From Propioniciclava sp. (GTDB taxonomy: Bacteria > Actinomycetota > Actinomycetes > Propionibacteriales > Propionibacteriaceae), in contig NZ_JASGHT010000001.1 of assembly GCF_047602245.1 (NCBI RefSeq), positions 1,463,896 through 1,527,895 of the forward strand: a stretch of 64,000 nt of DNA, written 5' to 3'. The notes below the pieces were generated by a model. That model worked only from the letters and a program-made list of their open reading frames with translations. It was not told the DNA's origin and made no database searches. The translations under genes and the position numbers were made by a program. Positions 1-9,714 of this stretch are shown one piece after another; within the stretch, counting starts at the first letter, position 1; each line of letters starts with the position of its first letter.

Positions 1-1596
1 ACGCGGTTCCCACCGGAGCCGAACGGGTACCTGCACATCGGCCACCTGAAGGCGATCACGGTCGACTTCGGCATCGCCGAGGACTTCGGCGGCAGCTGCA
101 TGCTGCGCTTGGACGACACCAATCCCGACACCGAAGAGGTCGAGTACGTCGATTCGATCGTCGACGACATCGCGTGGCTGGGCTACACGCCCGCCGAGGT
201 GCGTTACGCGTCCGACTATTTCGGGCAGCTGTACGTGTGGGCCGAGTACCTGGTCGAGCAGGGGCTGGCCTACGTCGATGATCAGGACGGCGAGACGATC
301 TCGGCGACCCGTGGCGACTTCTCCACCCCGGGCACGAACTCGCCGTTCCGCGAGCGTCCGGTCGCAGAGAATCTCGATCTGCTGCGCCGGATGCGCGCGG
401 GCGAGTTCCCCGACGGTGCGCGGGTGCTGCGCGCCAAGATCGACATGGCCCACGAGAACATGCAGATGCGCGATCCGGTGATGTACCGCATCCGGCACGC
501 GCATCATCACAACACCGGTGACGAGTGGCCGATCTACCCGACCTATGACTGGGCGCACGGCCAGTCGGACGCCTACGAGGGCGTCACGCATTCGCTGTGC
601 ACCCTGGAGTTCGAGTCGCACCGTCCGCTGTACGACTGGTTCCTCGCCCAGCTCCCCCTCGAACAGTCTGCGCCCCGCCAGATGGAGTTCGCCCGCCTCG
701 AACTGACTCACACGGTCACCTCGAAGCGCCGGCTGCGCACCCTGGTCGAGCGGGGGGTCGTCGACGGTTGGGACGATCCCCGGATGCCGACCCTGCGCGG
801 CCTGCGCCGGCGCGGCTATCCGGCGTCCGCGTTGCGCGCTTTCTGCACCGCGGTCGGCATTACCCGCACCAACTCGCGCAAGGCGATCGAGGAGCTGGAA
901 AGCTATGTGCGCCGCGACCTGAACGCGTCCGCGCAGCGCCGGATGGCGGTGCTGCGGCCGCTGAAGCTGATCTTGACCAACTGGCCGACCGACGCCGACG
1001 GCAACCCGGTCGTGGAGTACTTCGAGGTCGCCAACAACCCCGAGAACCCGGCCGACGGCACCCGTCAGGTCGCGTTCTCGGGCGAGTTGTGGATCGAGTC
1101 CGACGACTTCGCCGAGGTGCCGCCGCCGAAGTTCTTCCGGCTCTCGCCCGGGCGCGAGGTGCGCCTGCGCGGCGCGTTCTTCGTGACGGCGACCGAGGCG
1201 GTCAAGGACGCCGACGGCAACCTGGTCGCCGTGCACGCCACCTACGATCCGGACAGCCGGGGCGGCAACTCCCCGGATGGCCGCAAGGTGAAGTCGACGA
1301 TGCACTGGGTGTCGGCCGCGCACGCGACCCCGATCACGGTCGCGCTGTACGACCGGCTGTTCACCGCGGCCGCGCCGGGTGCGGCCACCGGCGAGGCCCT
1401 CGACGACCTGAACCCGAACAGCCGCGAACTGCTCGCCGGCTGCTGGGGCGAAGCGGCGCTCGCCGAAGCCACCGGTAGCGAGGTGGTGCAGTTCGAACGG
1501 CTGGGCTACTTCGCCGCCGATACGGACGCCCCGGGCTTGTTCCATCGCACGGTGGGCCTGCGCGACGAGTGGGCGGCGATCCAGCGCCGCGGCTGA
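1..1596 (+). CDS. glnS: glutamine--tRNA ligase (GlnRS), 5' end outside window
   Basis: Frame 1 is open from nt 1 (TRFPPEPNGYLHIGHLKAI, class I HIGH motif). Collinear with E. coli GlnRS blocks (LRFDDTNP, RAKIDM, MRDP, YPTYDW, SLCTLEF). Confidence 0.95.
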   Translation, partial: TRFPPEPNGYLHIGHLKAITVDFGIAEDFGGSCMLRLDDTNPDTEEVEYVDSIVDDIAWLGYTPAEVRYASDYFGQLYVWAEYLVEQGLAYVDDQDGETISATRGDFSTPGTNSPFRERPVAENLDLLRRMRAGEFPDGARVLRAKIDMAHENMQMRDPVMYRIRHAHHHNTGDEWPIYPTYDWAHGQSDAYEGVTHSLCTLEFESHRPLYDWFLAQLPLEQSAPRQMEFARLELTHTVTSKRRLRTLVERGVVDGWDDPRMPTLRGLRRRGYPASALRAFCTAVGITRTNSRKAIEELESYVRRDLNASAQRRMAVLRPLKLILTNWPTDADGNPVVEYFEVANNPENPADGTRQVAFSGELWIESDDFAEVPPPKFFRLSPGREVRLRGAFFVTATEAVKDADGNLVAVHATYDPDSRGGNSPDGRKVKSTMHWVSAAHATPITVALYDRLFTAAAPGAATGEALDDLNPNSRELLAGCWGEAALAEATGSEVVQFERLGYFAADTDAPGLFHRTVGLRDEWAAIQRRG

Positions 1597-1725
1597 TCGG
1601 CGGTCGCCCCGCGCACGCGGGCGGCCACACGGACGCCGCGCGGTGATGATCGCCAACCTATGGTCGCCCCGTTCCGAGGTGGGCGACCTCACGCGTCCGG
1701 CACGGGCAGCGTAGGCTGAACGACC

Positions 1726-2919
1726 GTGTCCGCAGTCTTCAGCCCCGTCCGCGCCCGCACCGGCATTTCGCTGTTCTTCTTCACCAACGGCGCGATGATG
1801 GCCGGCATCATGCCGCGTTATCCCGAGATCAAGGCGGCGTTCGAACTGTCGAACACCGCCTTCGGGTTCATGGTCGCGGTGGGCCCGATCGCGTCGGTGG
1901 CGGCGTCCGCCCTGCCCGCCCCGCTGATCCGCCGGTTCGGCGCGCAGCCGGTGGCGCTGGCCTGGACCTGCGCGATGGCGTTCGCGATGATGCTGGCCGG
2001 TTTCGCGCCGCACTTCTTCGTATTCGCGCTCGCCCTGGCGATCGCCGGGTTCTCCGATGCGCTGGTCGATTCGGCACAGAATGTGCACGGCGTCCGGGTC
2101 GAGGACGCCTACGGCAAGACGATCATCAACTCGCTGCACGCCCTGTGGAGCCTCGGTGCCACCACCGGCGGAGTCGTCGGCGCGTGGGCGGCGTCCCAGC
2201 ACATTCCGCTCAGCATTCACCTCAGCGCGGTCGCGCTCACCCTGATCGGTCTCGCCACCATCGCGACGGTGCTCGGACGCCTGCCCGGCAATCCGCGTCC
2301 GGTGGCGGCCACCGAGTCGGAGGTGACGCCGAGCGGCAAGCTGCCCACGGGGGCGTGGGCGGTGATCGTCCCGCTGGCGCTGCTGGCCATCGCGGGCGTC
2401 CTGACCGAGGATGTCGCCTCCAACTGGGCGGCGCTCTACGTGGTGCAGGTGGTCGGCGCGACCGCCGCAGTGGGCGGCATCGGCTACACGGTGATGCTCG
2501 GCTCGCAGTTCATCGGACGCTTGCTCGGCGATCCGGCCACCGACCGCTGGGGCAGCGTGGCCGTGATCCGGATGGGCGGGGTGATGATCGCCGTCGGCGG
2601 CGTCCTGATCATCGCGTTCCCGGTGCTGCCGGTGGTGATGGTCGGCTACGCGCTGTGCGGCTACGGTTGCGCCACCATCGTGCCGACCGCCTACGCGGCC
2701 GCCGGACGCCTGCCCGGCCTGCCCGAGGGTGCTGGCATCACCTACGTGAGCTGGCTGCTGCGGATGGGCTTCGTGGCCAGTTCGCCGTTCATCGGCGCCG
2801 TCTCCGACGTCACCAGCCTGCGCGTCGCCCTCGGCTTGCTCGCCGTCGGCGGCCTGGCGATCATCTACCTCGCCCGCGTGGTGCGTCCCACCGAACCGTC
2901 GCCCGCCGCGTCCGCCTGA
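1726..2919 (+). CDS. MFS transporter
   Basis: 397 aa, about 12 hydrophobic segments, Gly/Ala-rich helices typical of MFS; GTG start. Confidence 0.75.
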   Translation: MSAVFSPVRARTGISLFFFTNGAMMAGIMPRYPEIKAAFELSNTAFGFMVAVGPIASVAASALPAPLIRRFGAQPVALAWTCAMAFAMMLAGFAPHFFVFALALAIAGFSDALVDSAQNVHGVRVEDAYGKTIINSLHALWSLGATTGGVVGAWAASQHIPLSIHLSAVALTLIGLATIATVLGRLPGNPRPVAATESEVTPSGKLPTGAWAVIVPLALLAIAGVLTEDVASNWAALYVVQVVGATAAVGGIGYTVMLGSQFIGRLLGDPATDRWGSVAVIRMGGVMIAVGGVLIIAFPVLPVVMVGYALCGYGCATIVPTAYAAAGRLPGLPEGAGITYVSWLLRMGFVASSPFIGAVSDVTSLRVALGLLAVGGLAIIYLARVVRPTEPSPAASA

Positions 2920-2957
2920 TCCCTCCCGTGTCGCGCCCGGTCGTGCCAGAGTGGGGC

Positions 2958-4685
2958 ATGGGCACTGCACCTCGTACGACGTTGACGTTTCTCGGCGCGG
3001 CCGGCACGGTCACCGGGTCGAAGTACCTGCTGACCATCGGCGACCGGCGCATCCTGATCGACTCGGGCATGTTCCAGGGCGAGAAGAAGTGGCGGCTGAA
3101 GAACTGGGAGCAGTTCCCGATCGAGCCGGCGAGCATCTCCGACATCGTCCTCACCCATGCGCATCTCGATCATGTCGGGTTCCTGCCCGTGCTGACCCGC
3201 AGCGGTTTCACCGGCCCGATCTGGTGCACCGAGGGGACCCGGCAGCTCGCCGAGATCGTGCTGCGGGACGCCGCCAAGCTGCAGGAGCAGGAGGCCGAGG
3301 ACGCCAACACCTACGGCTATTCCAAGCACGAACGCGCACTGCCGCTGTACACGACCGCCGACGTCGAGTCGATGCTCGGCCAGTTCGTCGCGCTCGAATA
3401 CGACGCCGACTTCGAGCTGACCGGCAACGAGCGCCCCGGCTTCACCGCTGATCCCGATGAGACGATCACGATCCGGCTCACCCGGGCCGGGCACATCCTC
3501 GGATCGGCGTCGGTCAACGTGTGGACGCCGACGGCATCGGTGCTGTTCTCCGGCGATCTGGGACGCCGTGAGCATCCGGTGCTGAAGGCGCGCGAAGTCC
3601 CCCGGGAGGGGGCGCCGTTCGTGCTGGTCGAGTCGACCTATGGCGACCGCGACCATCCCGTTCCGGTCAATCTGCCGCACGAGGGATTCGCCGACGTGAT
3701 CCGCCGCACCATCGGCCGCGGCGGCACCGTGCTGGTGCCGGCGTTCGCGATCGACCGCACCGAGGTCGTCCTGAAGACCATCTCCGACTTCGAGCGCGAC
3801 GGGCGCATTCCCGACATTCCCGTCTACGTGAACTCACCGATGGGCACCCGGGCGCTGCGGGTCTACCAGTCCCTCACCGAGGAGTTGCGCGAGGACCTGA
3901 GCCCGTCCGAGTTCGTGAACATTCCCGACCTGACCGCGGTCGAGTCCAGCGAGGATTCGCGGCGGCTCACCGGGCCGGGCGGTCACGGGCCGTGCGTGAT
4001 CATCTCCTCCTCGGGCATGGCCACCGGCGGACGCGTCCTGCACCATCTCGAAGAGCTGCTGCCCGACCCGAAGAACGCGGTCGTCCTGACCGGCTACCAG
4101 GCGGCGGGCACCCGCGGGCGGCAGTTGTCGGACGGCGCCGACCAGCTCAAGCTGCGCGGCAAGTACGTGCCGGTGCGCGCCGAGGTGTTCCACGACCGGG
4201 AGTTCAGCGTGCACGCCGACCGCGGCGACATCATGAGCTGGCTGGCGGCGCTCGACCCGAAGCCGTCCCAGGTGTTCTGCGTGCACGGCGAGACCGATTC
4301 AGCCGCCGCGCTGGCCGTCCGGATCAAGGACGAGCTCGGCGTCCAGGTCATCACGCCGCGCCACGGCGAGGTGGTGCTGCTGGACGCCGCCGAACTGCCG
4401 GCGCCCACCGGCGTCCGCGCCCGGATGACCGAGCCGGTCGCGCAGGCGCCCAGGCAGGAGGTGTTCGGCTGGTTCGGCTACGCTCCGCTGCCGACCGGAT
4501 CACTCCCGGACGGACGGCCGTCCTACCGGTTGATCACCGGCAGGCCCGGCGACGACTTCGACGAGGCGGTGAGCGCCGCGATGCGCGAGGGATACGCACC
4601 CCACCTCGCCCCGGTGCTGGTCGCCACCTCCGACGGCATCACCGTCGCGCAGGCGGTGACCTGGCAGGGTCCTTGGGGGCAGTGA
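2958..4685 (+). CDS. MBL-fold beta-CASP hydrolase with C-terminal DUF1737-like domain
   Basis: ATG at 2958 inside the 846-aa track ORF. HAHLDH metallo-beta-lactamase motif and beta-CASP/RMMBL-like region. C-terminal tail YRLITGRPGDDFDEAVSAAMREGYAP resembles DUF1737. Confidence 0.85.
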   Translation: MGTAPRTTLTFLGAAGTVTGSKYLLTIGDRRILIDSGMFQGEKKWRLKNWEQFPIEPASISDIVLTHAHLDHVGFLPVLTRSGFTGPIWCTEGTRQLAEIVLRDAAKLQEQEAEDANTYGYSKHERALPLYTTADVESMLGQFVALEYDADFELTGNERPGFTADPDETITIRLTRAGHILGSASVNVWTPTASVLFSGDLGRREHPVLKAREVPREGAPFVLVESTYGDRDHPVPVNLPHEGFADVIRRTIGRGGTVLVPAFAIDRTEVVLKTISDFERDGRIPDIPVYVNSPMGTRALRVYQSLTEELREDLSPSEFVNIPDLTAVESSEDSRRLTGPGGHGPCVIISSSGMATGGRVLHHLEELLPDPKNAVVLTGYQAAGTRGRQLSDGADQLKLRGKYVPVRAEVFHDREFSVHADRGDIMSWLAALDPKPSQVFCVHGETDSAAALAVRIKDELGVQVITPRHGEVVLLDAAELPAPTGVRARMTEPVAQAPRQEVFGWFGYAPLPTGSLPDGRPSYRLITGRPGDDFDEAVSAAMREGYAPHLAPVLVATSDGITVAQAVTWQGPWGQ

Positions 4686-4754
4686 CGGCGTCCAACAGCC
4701 GGATCGCGGCGCACCGAGTTGCAGGAGCCCGCATGGCGGGTGTGCGATAGCGCA

Positions 4755-5264
4755 ATGGAAATCCTTGCCGAACTCGGCGACGTGGCGGTCGCCCGCGCGG
4801 ACCAGGAACATCTGCCGACCATCGCGCGCCTGCTCGCGGACGACCCCACGTCTCCGCAGTACGTGGCCACCACCACGCTGATCAGCGACGAGATCCTCGG
4901 CCCGCTCCGCGCGGTGTTCGATCTGGAGCCCTTCTTCGAGCGCATCATCGCCGATCCGAACCAGCTGCTCGCGGTGGTCCTCGACGAAGGCGACCGGGCG
5001 ATCGGCACCTTCCAGCTCACGATGATCCCGACCCTGGGTCGCGGTGGAGCCCTGCTCGCTGTGGCGTCGAACGCCCGCGTACGCGCGGGAGCCGACAGCG
5101 TCGCGGTGTCCAAGCGGGTGTTCACCTGGGTGATCGAGCATGCGCGCGCTCAGGGCGCCAAGGCGCTGCTGGTGATCGCCGAGAAGGAACGCGCCCATAT
5201 GCACGGCTTCTTCACCACGATGGGATTTAGGCCCACTCACGACGGTCTCGTGCTGCCGTTGTAG
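4755..5264 (+). CDS. GNAT family N-acetyltransferase
   Basis: About 170 aa with an acetyltransferase-like core; start at the internal ATG (MEILAEL). Confidence 0.65.
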   Translation: MEILAELGDVAVARADQEHLPTIARLLADDPTSPQYVATTTLISDEILGPLRAVFDLEPFFERIIADPNQLLAVVLDEGDRAIGTFQLTMIPTLGRGGALLAVASNARVRAGADSVAVSKRVFTWVIEHARAQGAKALLVIAEKERAHMHGFFTTMGFRPTHDGLVLPL

Positions 5265-5342
5265 CCCGGCGAGCGCCGGGGGGCACACGGCCCCGGTCTC
5301 GAGCGACCGTCCGGCCCCGTCTCGGGCGACCGTCCGGCCCGC

Positions 5343-5849
5343 TCAGGCGTCCGGGTTGAGCACCGCGATGGACGCCGACAGCACCGTCGCGAAGGCGCAC
5401 CATCCCGCGTAGGCGACCAGCCCGAGCGCCTTCGGCCCGGTCTTCAATCCGCGGCGGGCCAGATCGACGCTGAACGCGGTGAGCGCCGCCGCTCCCACGG
5501 CCGACAGCCAGGTGTTGTTGGCCCGGAAGAACAACCCCGACCAGCCCGCGTTCAAGGTGAGATTCACCGCGAGGGCCTTGGCATAGGCGGACGCCTCGTC
5601 GTCACGTCCCTGCCGGCGCAGGTCGTGGATCACCGCGGTCGAGGTGATGGCGATGATCGCGTACAGCGACGTCCACGCCACCGGGAATGCCCAGTTCGGC
5701 GGCTGGAAAGCCGGCTTGGTCAGGCTCTGGTACCAAGAGCCCTCCGGCTCGGTGAGCAGAGACCCGACCACCGCACACGCCGTCACACCGGCGCCCACTT
5801 TGGCGAGGGTGACGCCCCACCCCGGGCGCTTGTTCGTCGAACCGTTCAT
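5343..5849 (-). CDS. tspO: TspO/MBR tryptophan-rich sensory protein
   Basis: WYQSLTKPAFQPPNWAFPVAWTSLY motif and 5 TM segments. ATG at 5849 is preceded by AGGAGG. Confidence 0.85.
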   Translation of the reverse strand: MNGSTNKRPGWGVTLAKVGAGVTACAVVGSLLTEPEGSWYQSLTKPAFQPPNWAFPVAWTSLYAIIAITSTAVIHDLRRQGRDDEASAYAKALAVNLTLNAGWSGLFFRANNTWLSAVGAAALTAFSVDLARRGLKTGPKALGLVAYAGWCAFATVLSASIAVLNPDA

Positions 5850-6075
5850 GCGACCTCCTGTGTGAGCCTCGGCCCCGTTCGCGGTGCCGTCCGATACCGC
5901 CGGCACCGCCCAGGTTAATCACCGTTGCCCGGCTTGCCTACGATCGCCCGGCATCCTCCACGACACCACCCGGTTTCCGGGCGACATCAAGACTCCGAGC
6001 GGTGCGAACGGGCGATCCCGGCTAGGCTCGGCCGGATACGCGTCTCCCTGGTGGAGCAGAGAAGAAGAGGACGGG

Positions 6076-6999
6076 ATGAGGAACAAGGTTCAGGCTCCTT
6101 CGGCGGTGGTCATGGTGCGTCCGCATCACTTCACACCCAACCCCGAAACGGCGGCTGACAACGCCTTTCAGCTGCCCCGGCCCGAGCTGACCGCCGATTC
6201 GATCTCGGCGCGGGCGCTGCGCGAGTTCGATGAGGCCGTCCGGGTGCTGATGAGCCACGGCGTCCGGGTGCACGTCTTCGACGATCTGGGCACCGACACG
6301 CCCGACTCGGTGTTCCCGAACAACTGGTTCTCCACCCATCACGGCGGGCGGGTGGTCATCTACCCGATGGCCGCCCCGAGCCGGCGCACCGAGCGCCGCG
6401 CGGACATCATCGAGATGCTCAAGCGCGACTACCGCGTGCAGGAGGTCATCGACTACTCCGGCATGGAGAACGACCGGCTGTTCCTGGAGGGCACCGGCGC
6501 GATGATCCTCGACCACGCCGAGCGGATCGCCTATGTGGGTGCCTCGCAGCGCGCCGACCCGATCCTGCTGGAGCGGTTCTGCACCCATCTGGGCTACGAG
6601 CCGATGGTGTTCGCCAACACCGATCCGGACGGTGCCGCGATCTATCACACCAACGTGATCATGAGCATCGGCACCGAGTTCGCGCTCGTGTGCACCGACG
6701 TGATGACGGACGCCGCCCGGCGCGACGAGATCATGGCCCGGCTGACAGAGTCCGGGCGCGACATCATCGACCTGAGCTGGGCGCAGATCAAGGAGTTCTG
6801 CGGCAACGCCCTCGAACTGACCGGCACGGACGGCCGCATCCTCGCCTGCTCGCAGCGGGCCGCGGACGGCTACACCGACGAGCAGCGGGCCATCATCGAG
6901 CGCTCGGCGACCATCGTGCCGATCGACGTGCCCACCATCGAGCTCGCCGGCGGGTCGGTGCGCTGCATGCTGGCCGGCATCCACCTGACCCCGCGCTGA
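6076..6999 (+). CDS. amidinotransferase-fold hydrolase, citrulline utilization hydrolase (CtlX)-like
   Basis: N-terminus AVVMVRPHHFTPNPETAADNAFQ and C-terminal GGSVRCMLAGIHL (catalytic Cys) are typical of the arginine deiminase/DDAH/CtlX superfamily. Confidence 0.7.
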   Translation: MRNKVQAPSAVVMVRPHHFTPNPETAADNAFQLPRPELTADSISARALREFDEAVRVLMSHGVRVHVFDDLGTDTPDSVFPNNWFSTHHGGRVVIYPMAAPSRRTERRADIIEMLKRDYRVQEVIDYSGMENDRLFLEGTGAMILDHAERIAYVGASQRADPILLERFCTHLGYEPMVFANTDPDGAAIYHTNVIMSIGTEFALVCTDVMTDAARRDEIMARLTESGRDIIDLSWAQIKEFCGNALELTGTDGRILACSQRAADGYTDEQRAIIERSATIVPIDVPTIELAGGSVRCMLAGIHLTPR

Positions 7000-7128
7000 C
7001 GCCCTGACGCCCTGACGCCCTGACGCCCGACCAACGACCTGACGCCGCGCTGAGCGACCGAGGACACACTGACCACCGGGCCCGCGCCGACCACCTGACC
7101 CCTCGCTGACCGACCGCGCGCGAGGCGG

Positions 7129-8539
7129 TCAGCGCATCAGCGCGTGCGCCAGCGCCTCGATCAGTGTGCCCTGGCAGAACCGGAAGCCCGAGTCGACCAG
7201 TGTGCCCGAGGACACCCGCTGGTCGGTGTCGATCATCTGGTCGTAGCCCTCGGCACCCAGCATCAGCTTGGGCCCGAACGCGGGCGTCGGGATCGCCGAG
7301 GGGCGGTGCAGAACGCGGCCGAGCGTGTCCGCGAACTCGCCGTGGGTGACCGGGCGCGGTGCGACCAGGTTCACCGGACCCTCCAGCGCCTCGGTGGCCA
7401 GCGCATGCACGTAGCCGCGCACGGTGTCGTCAAGGCCGATCCAGCTGGTCCAGGCATCCGCCTTGGCGAGGCGTCCGCCCACGCCGAGGGAGAACAGCGG
7501 GATCTGCGGCGCGAGCGCACCGCCGCCCTCGCTGAGCACGATGCCGGTGCGCAGGAACACCGCCCGCGCCCCGGCGGCCACCACCGGACCGGCGGCGTCC
7601 TCCCAGTCGCGCACCACCTCGGCCAGGACGCCGTCGCCGGGGGCGGCGTCCTCGGTGAGCAGTTCGCCGGGACGCCGCGCCCCGTAGAACCCGACGGCGG
7701 ACGCCTGCACCCACGTCGGCACGCCCGCCGCGGCGGCAGCATCGGCCAGGGTGCCGGTTGCCTCGAGCCGCGAGATGCGGATCTTCTGTTTGTGCTTGGC
7801 CGTGAACCGCCCACCGATCGAATGACCGGACAGGTTGATCACCGCGTCCGCCCCCTCGAGCACCGCCGGGTCGAGGCGGTGCCGCGCCGGGTCCCATCGG
7901 GCGGTGCCGGGCCCGGGACGTCCGGAACGCACCAGCCGCACCACATCGTGCCCGGACGCGACCAGCAGCGCCGCCACCTGGGTCCCGATCAGGCCGGACG
8001 CCCCGGCCATCACCACGCGACGGGGCAGCGCGGCGAGCCGAGTGTGCAGGGCGAGGTCGTCGCGCAGCTGGCGGGCACGGAAGGCGAACAGGCCGTCAAG
8101 CTGCATCTCGACCAGGGCCTCGTCCAGCGGTCCGGGCAGGTTGACCGGCAACTCCCAGGTGACCCGGTCGGTGATCACCGTCGAGCCGCCGGGGCCGTCG
8201 GCGAACTCGTGCTCGTGGTACCAGCGCTTGAACGGCCCCGAACAGTTGCTGGTCGACGAACCGCACCCCGGGCTCCAGGTCGATGTGCCGCAGCCGCCAG
8301 CGGACGCCGAGCGGCCTTTTCGCCCCCTTGCGGGAGACCCCGGGAAGCAGGGCCGCGATCAGCGGATGCGAGACGACGATCTCGCTCTCGGAGCCGACGT
8401 TGATGCCATCGGTCGGCGGCTTCAGCGGCGTGGTCATGCCGGGCGGATGCAGCCGCAAGAACGCGGCCGGGCGCGTATGCCAGTCGAAGACGAGCGCACG
8501 CGGATACGGGTAGCGCGAGACGCGTTCGAACACGGGCAT
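7129..8539 (-). pseudogene. SRPBCC domain fused to TIGR01777/SDR39U1-type NAD-epimerase; reading frame broken near 8241
   Basis: ORF 8539..8096 (MPVFERVSRYPYP...FVDQQ) and ORF 8178..7129 (GPFKRWYHEHEF... then the Rossmann motif GASGLIGT) form one protein only if 1 nt is removed near 8241-8242. Confidence 0.65.
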
Positions 8540-8734
8540 GCGGGCCTCCTTTGGCGACACGTGCGTCCTGCCCAGCGTAGTGCGGACGAACGTGGGGCAG
8601 CAGGGCCCGCGCGAGTTACGATGGCCGGTAAACAACGTCGAGGACACCCCCTAGCGTCACCCAAGGCCACGACCCTGGCACCGGCCCGCACCCAACTCGC
8701 GGAGCCGGGTGGGCAGCACCGAAGGAGAATCAGC

Positions 8735-9220
8735 ATGCCCGTCACGTACGTCACCCACGACCTCGACGCTCGTACTTTGACGATCGTCGCCGACTTCGCC
8801 GCACCGGTCGATCGCGTGTGGCAGGTCTATGCGGACGCCTCGCAGTTGGCCCAGGTGTGGGGGGCTCCCGACTACCCGGCCACCATCGTCCACCACGACC
8901 TCACCCCCGGCGGTGAGATGCGCTACTACAAGACCTCGCCCGAGGGTGCCGTTTTCCACGGCCTGTGGCGGGTGCTGACCGTGGACGAACCGCACCGGCT
9001 CGTCTTTCAGGACAGCTTCGCCGATGAGGACTACGCGATCACCGAGGCGCTGCCGGTCTCGCAGTACAGCTGCGCCTTCGCCGAGCACGAAGGGGGCACC
9101 CGGGCCACCTATGTCGGCGTCTACCCGACCTCCGAAGGGCTTCAGCGGCTGATCAACATGGGCATGGTCGAGGGCATGATCGCCGCGCTCGCCCAGATCG
9201 ACGCGCTGCTCGCCAACTGA
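8735..9220 (+). CDS. SRPBCC (AHSA1/START-like) domain protein
   Basis: 161 aa beginning MPVTYVTHDLDARTLTIVADFAAPVDRVWQVY; GAAGGAG RBS upstream; paralogous to 9715..10200. Confidence 0.85.
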   Translation: MPVTYVTHDLDARTLTIVADFAAPVDRVWQVYADASQLAQVWGAPDYPATIVHHDLTPGGEMRYYKTSPEGAVFHGLWRVLTVDEPHRLVFQDSFADEDYAITEALPVSQYSCAFAEHEGGTRATYVGVYPTSEGLQRLINMGMVEGMIAALAQIDALLAN

Positions 9221-9319
9221 GGGCGCACCCGCATCCGGACGGACCAGCCACATCGCCCGTGGATCACGTCTTCACCCAAACCCTCGACACATACAACCAT
9301 TTGGTTGTATGTTGTGCTC

Positions 9320-9703
9320 ATGGAGAACGACGAGGACCGCGCGGACGCGATGTTCCACGCCCTCGCCGACCGGACCCGCCGCGACATCCTGCGCCGCGTG
9401 CTGACCGGGGAATCGTCGATCTCCACCCTGGCGGAGAAGTACGACATGAGCTTCGCCGCCGTGCAGAAACACGTCGCCGTCCTCGAACGAGCCGGGCTGA
9501 TCACCAAGCGCCGCTTCGGTCGCGAGGCGCTGGCCAGCGGCGACGTCCAAGCGGTCCGCTCGGTGCGCTCGATGCTTCTCGAACTCGAGGACGTCTGGCG
9601 CGGGCGGATCGCACGCATCGACGAGTTGCTCGCCGATCCGGCCCCATCCTCGACCACACCGGTCACCGGCCCGCAGGCGCCCGAGGGCGCCGGGCCCTCC
9701 TGA
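9320..9703 (+). CDS. ArsR/SmtB family transcriptional regulator
   Basis: ALADRTRRDILRRV...STLAEKYDMSFAAVQKHVAVLERAGLI winged-HTH signature. Confidence 0.85.
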   Translation: MENDEDRADAMFHALADRTRRDILRRVLTGESSISTLAEKYDMSFAAVQKHVAVLERAGLITKRRFGREALASGDVQAVRSVRSMLLELEDVWRGRIARIDELLADPAPSSTTPVTGPQAPEGAGPS

Positions 9704-9714
9704 AGGAGATCACC

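Noticed and set aside
2145-2957. N-terminal 271 codons of the 846-aa track ORF
   Set aside because: They overlap the MFS transporter in another frame and are Arg-rich. The MBL protein starts at the ATG at 2958.
6996-7027. Octanucleotide microsatellite (CTGACGCC)x4 after the CtlX-like gene, and the 19-bp tandem duplication at about 17296-17350 between ald and the SRPBCC gene
   Set aside because: These are short slippage-type repeats in convergent intergenic spacers. The first unit simply repeats the stop-codon context. No function is suggested.
7835-8734. Upstream 300 codons of the 461-aa ORF, and similar long extensions at 9259, 30617-31654, 51912-53669 and 36224
   Set aside because: In each case only the distal part has protein-like composition, an RBS and a recognisable family. 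The extensions overlap better genes on the other strand.
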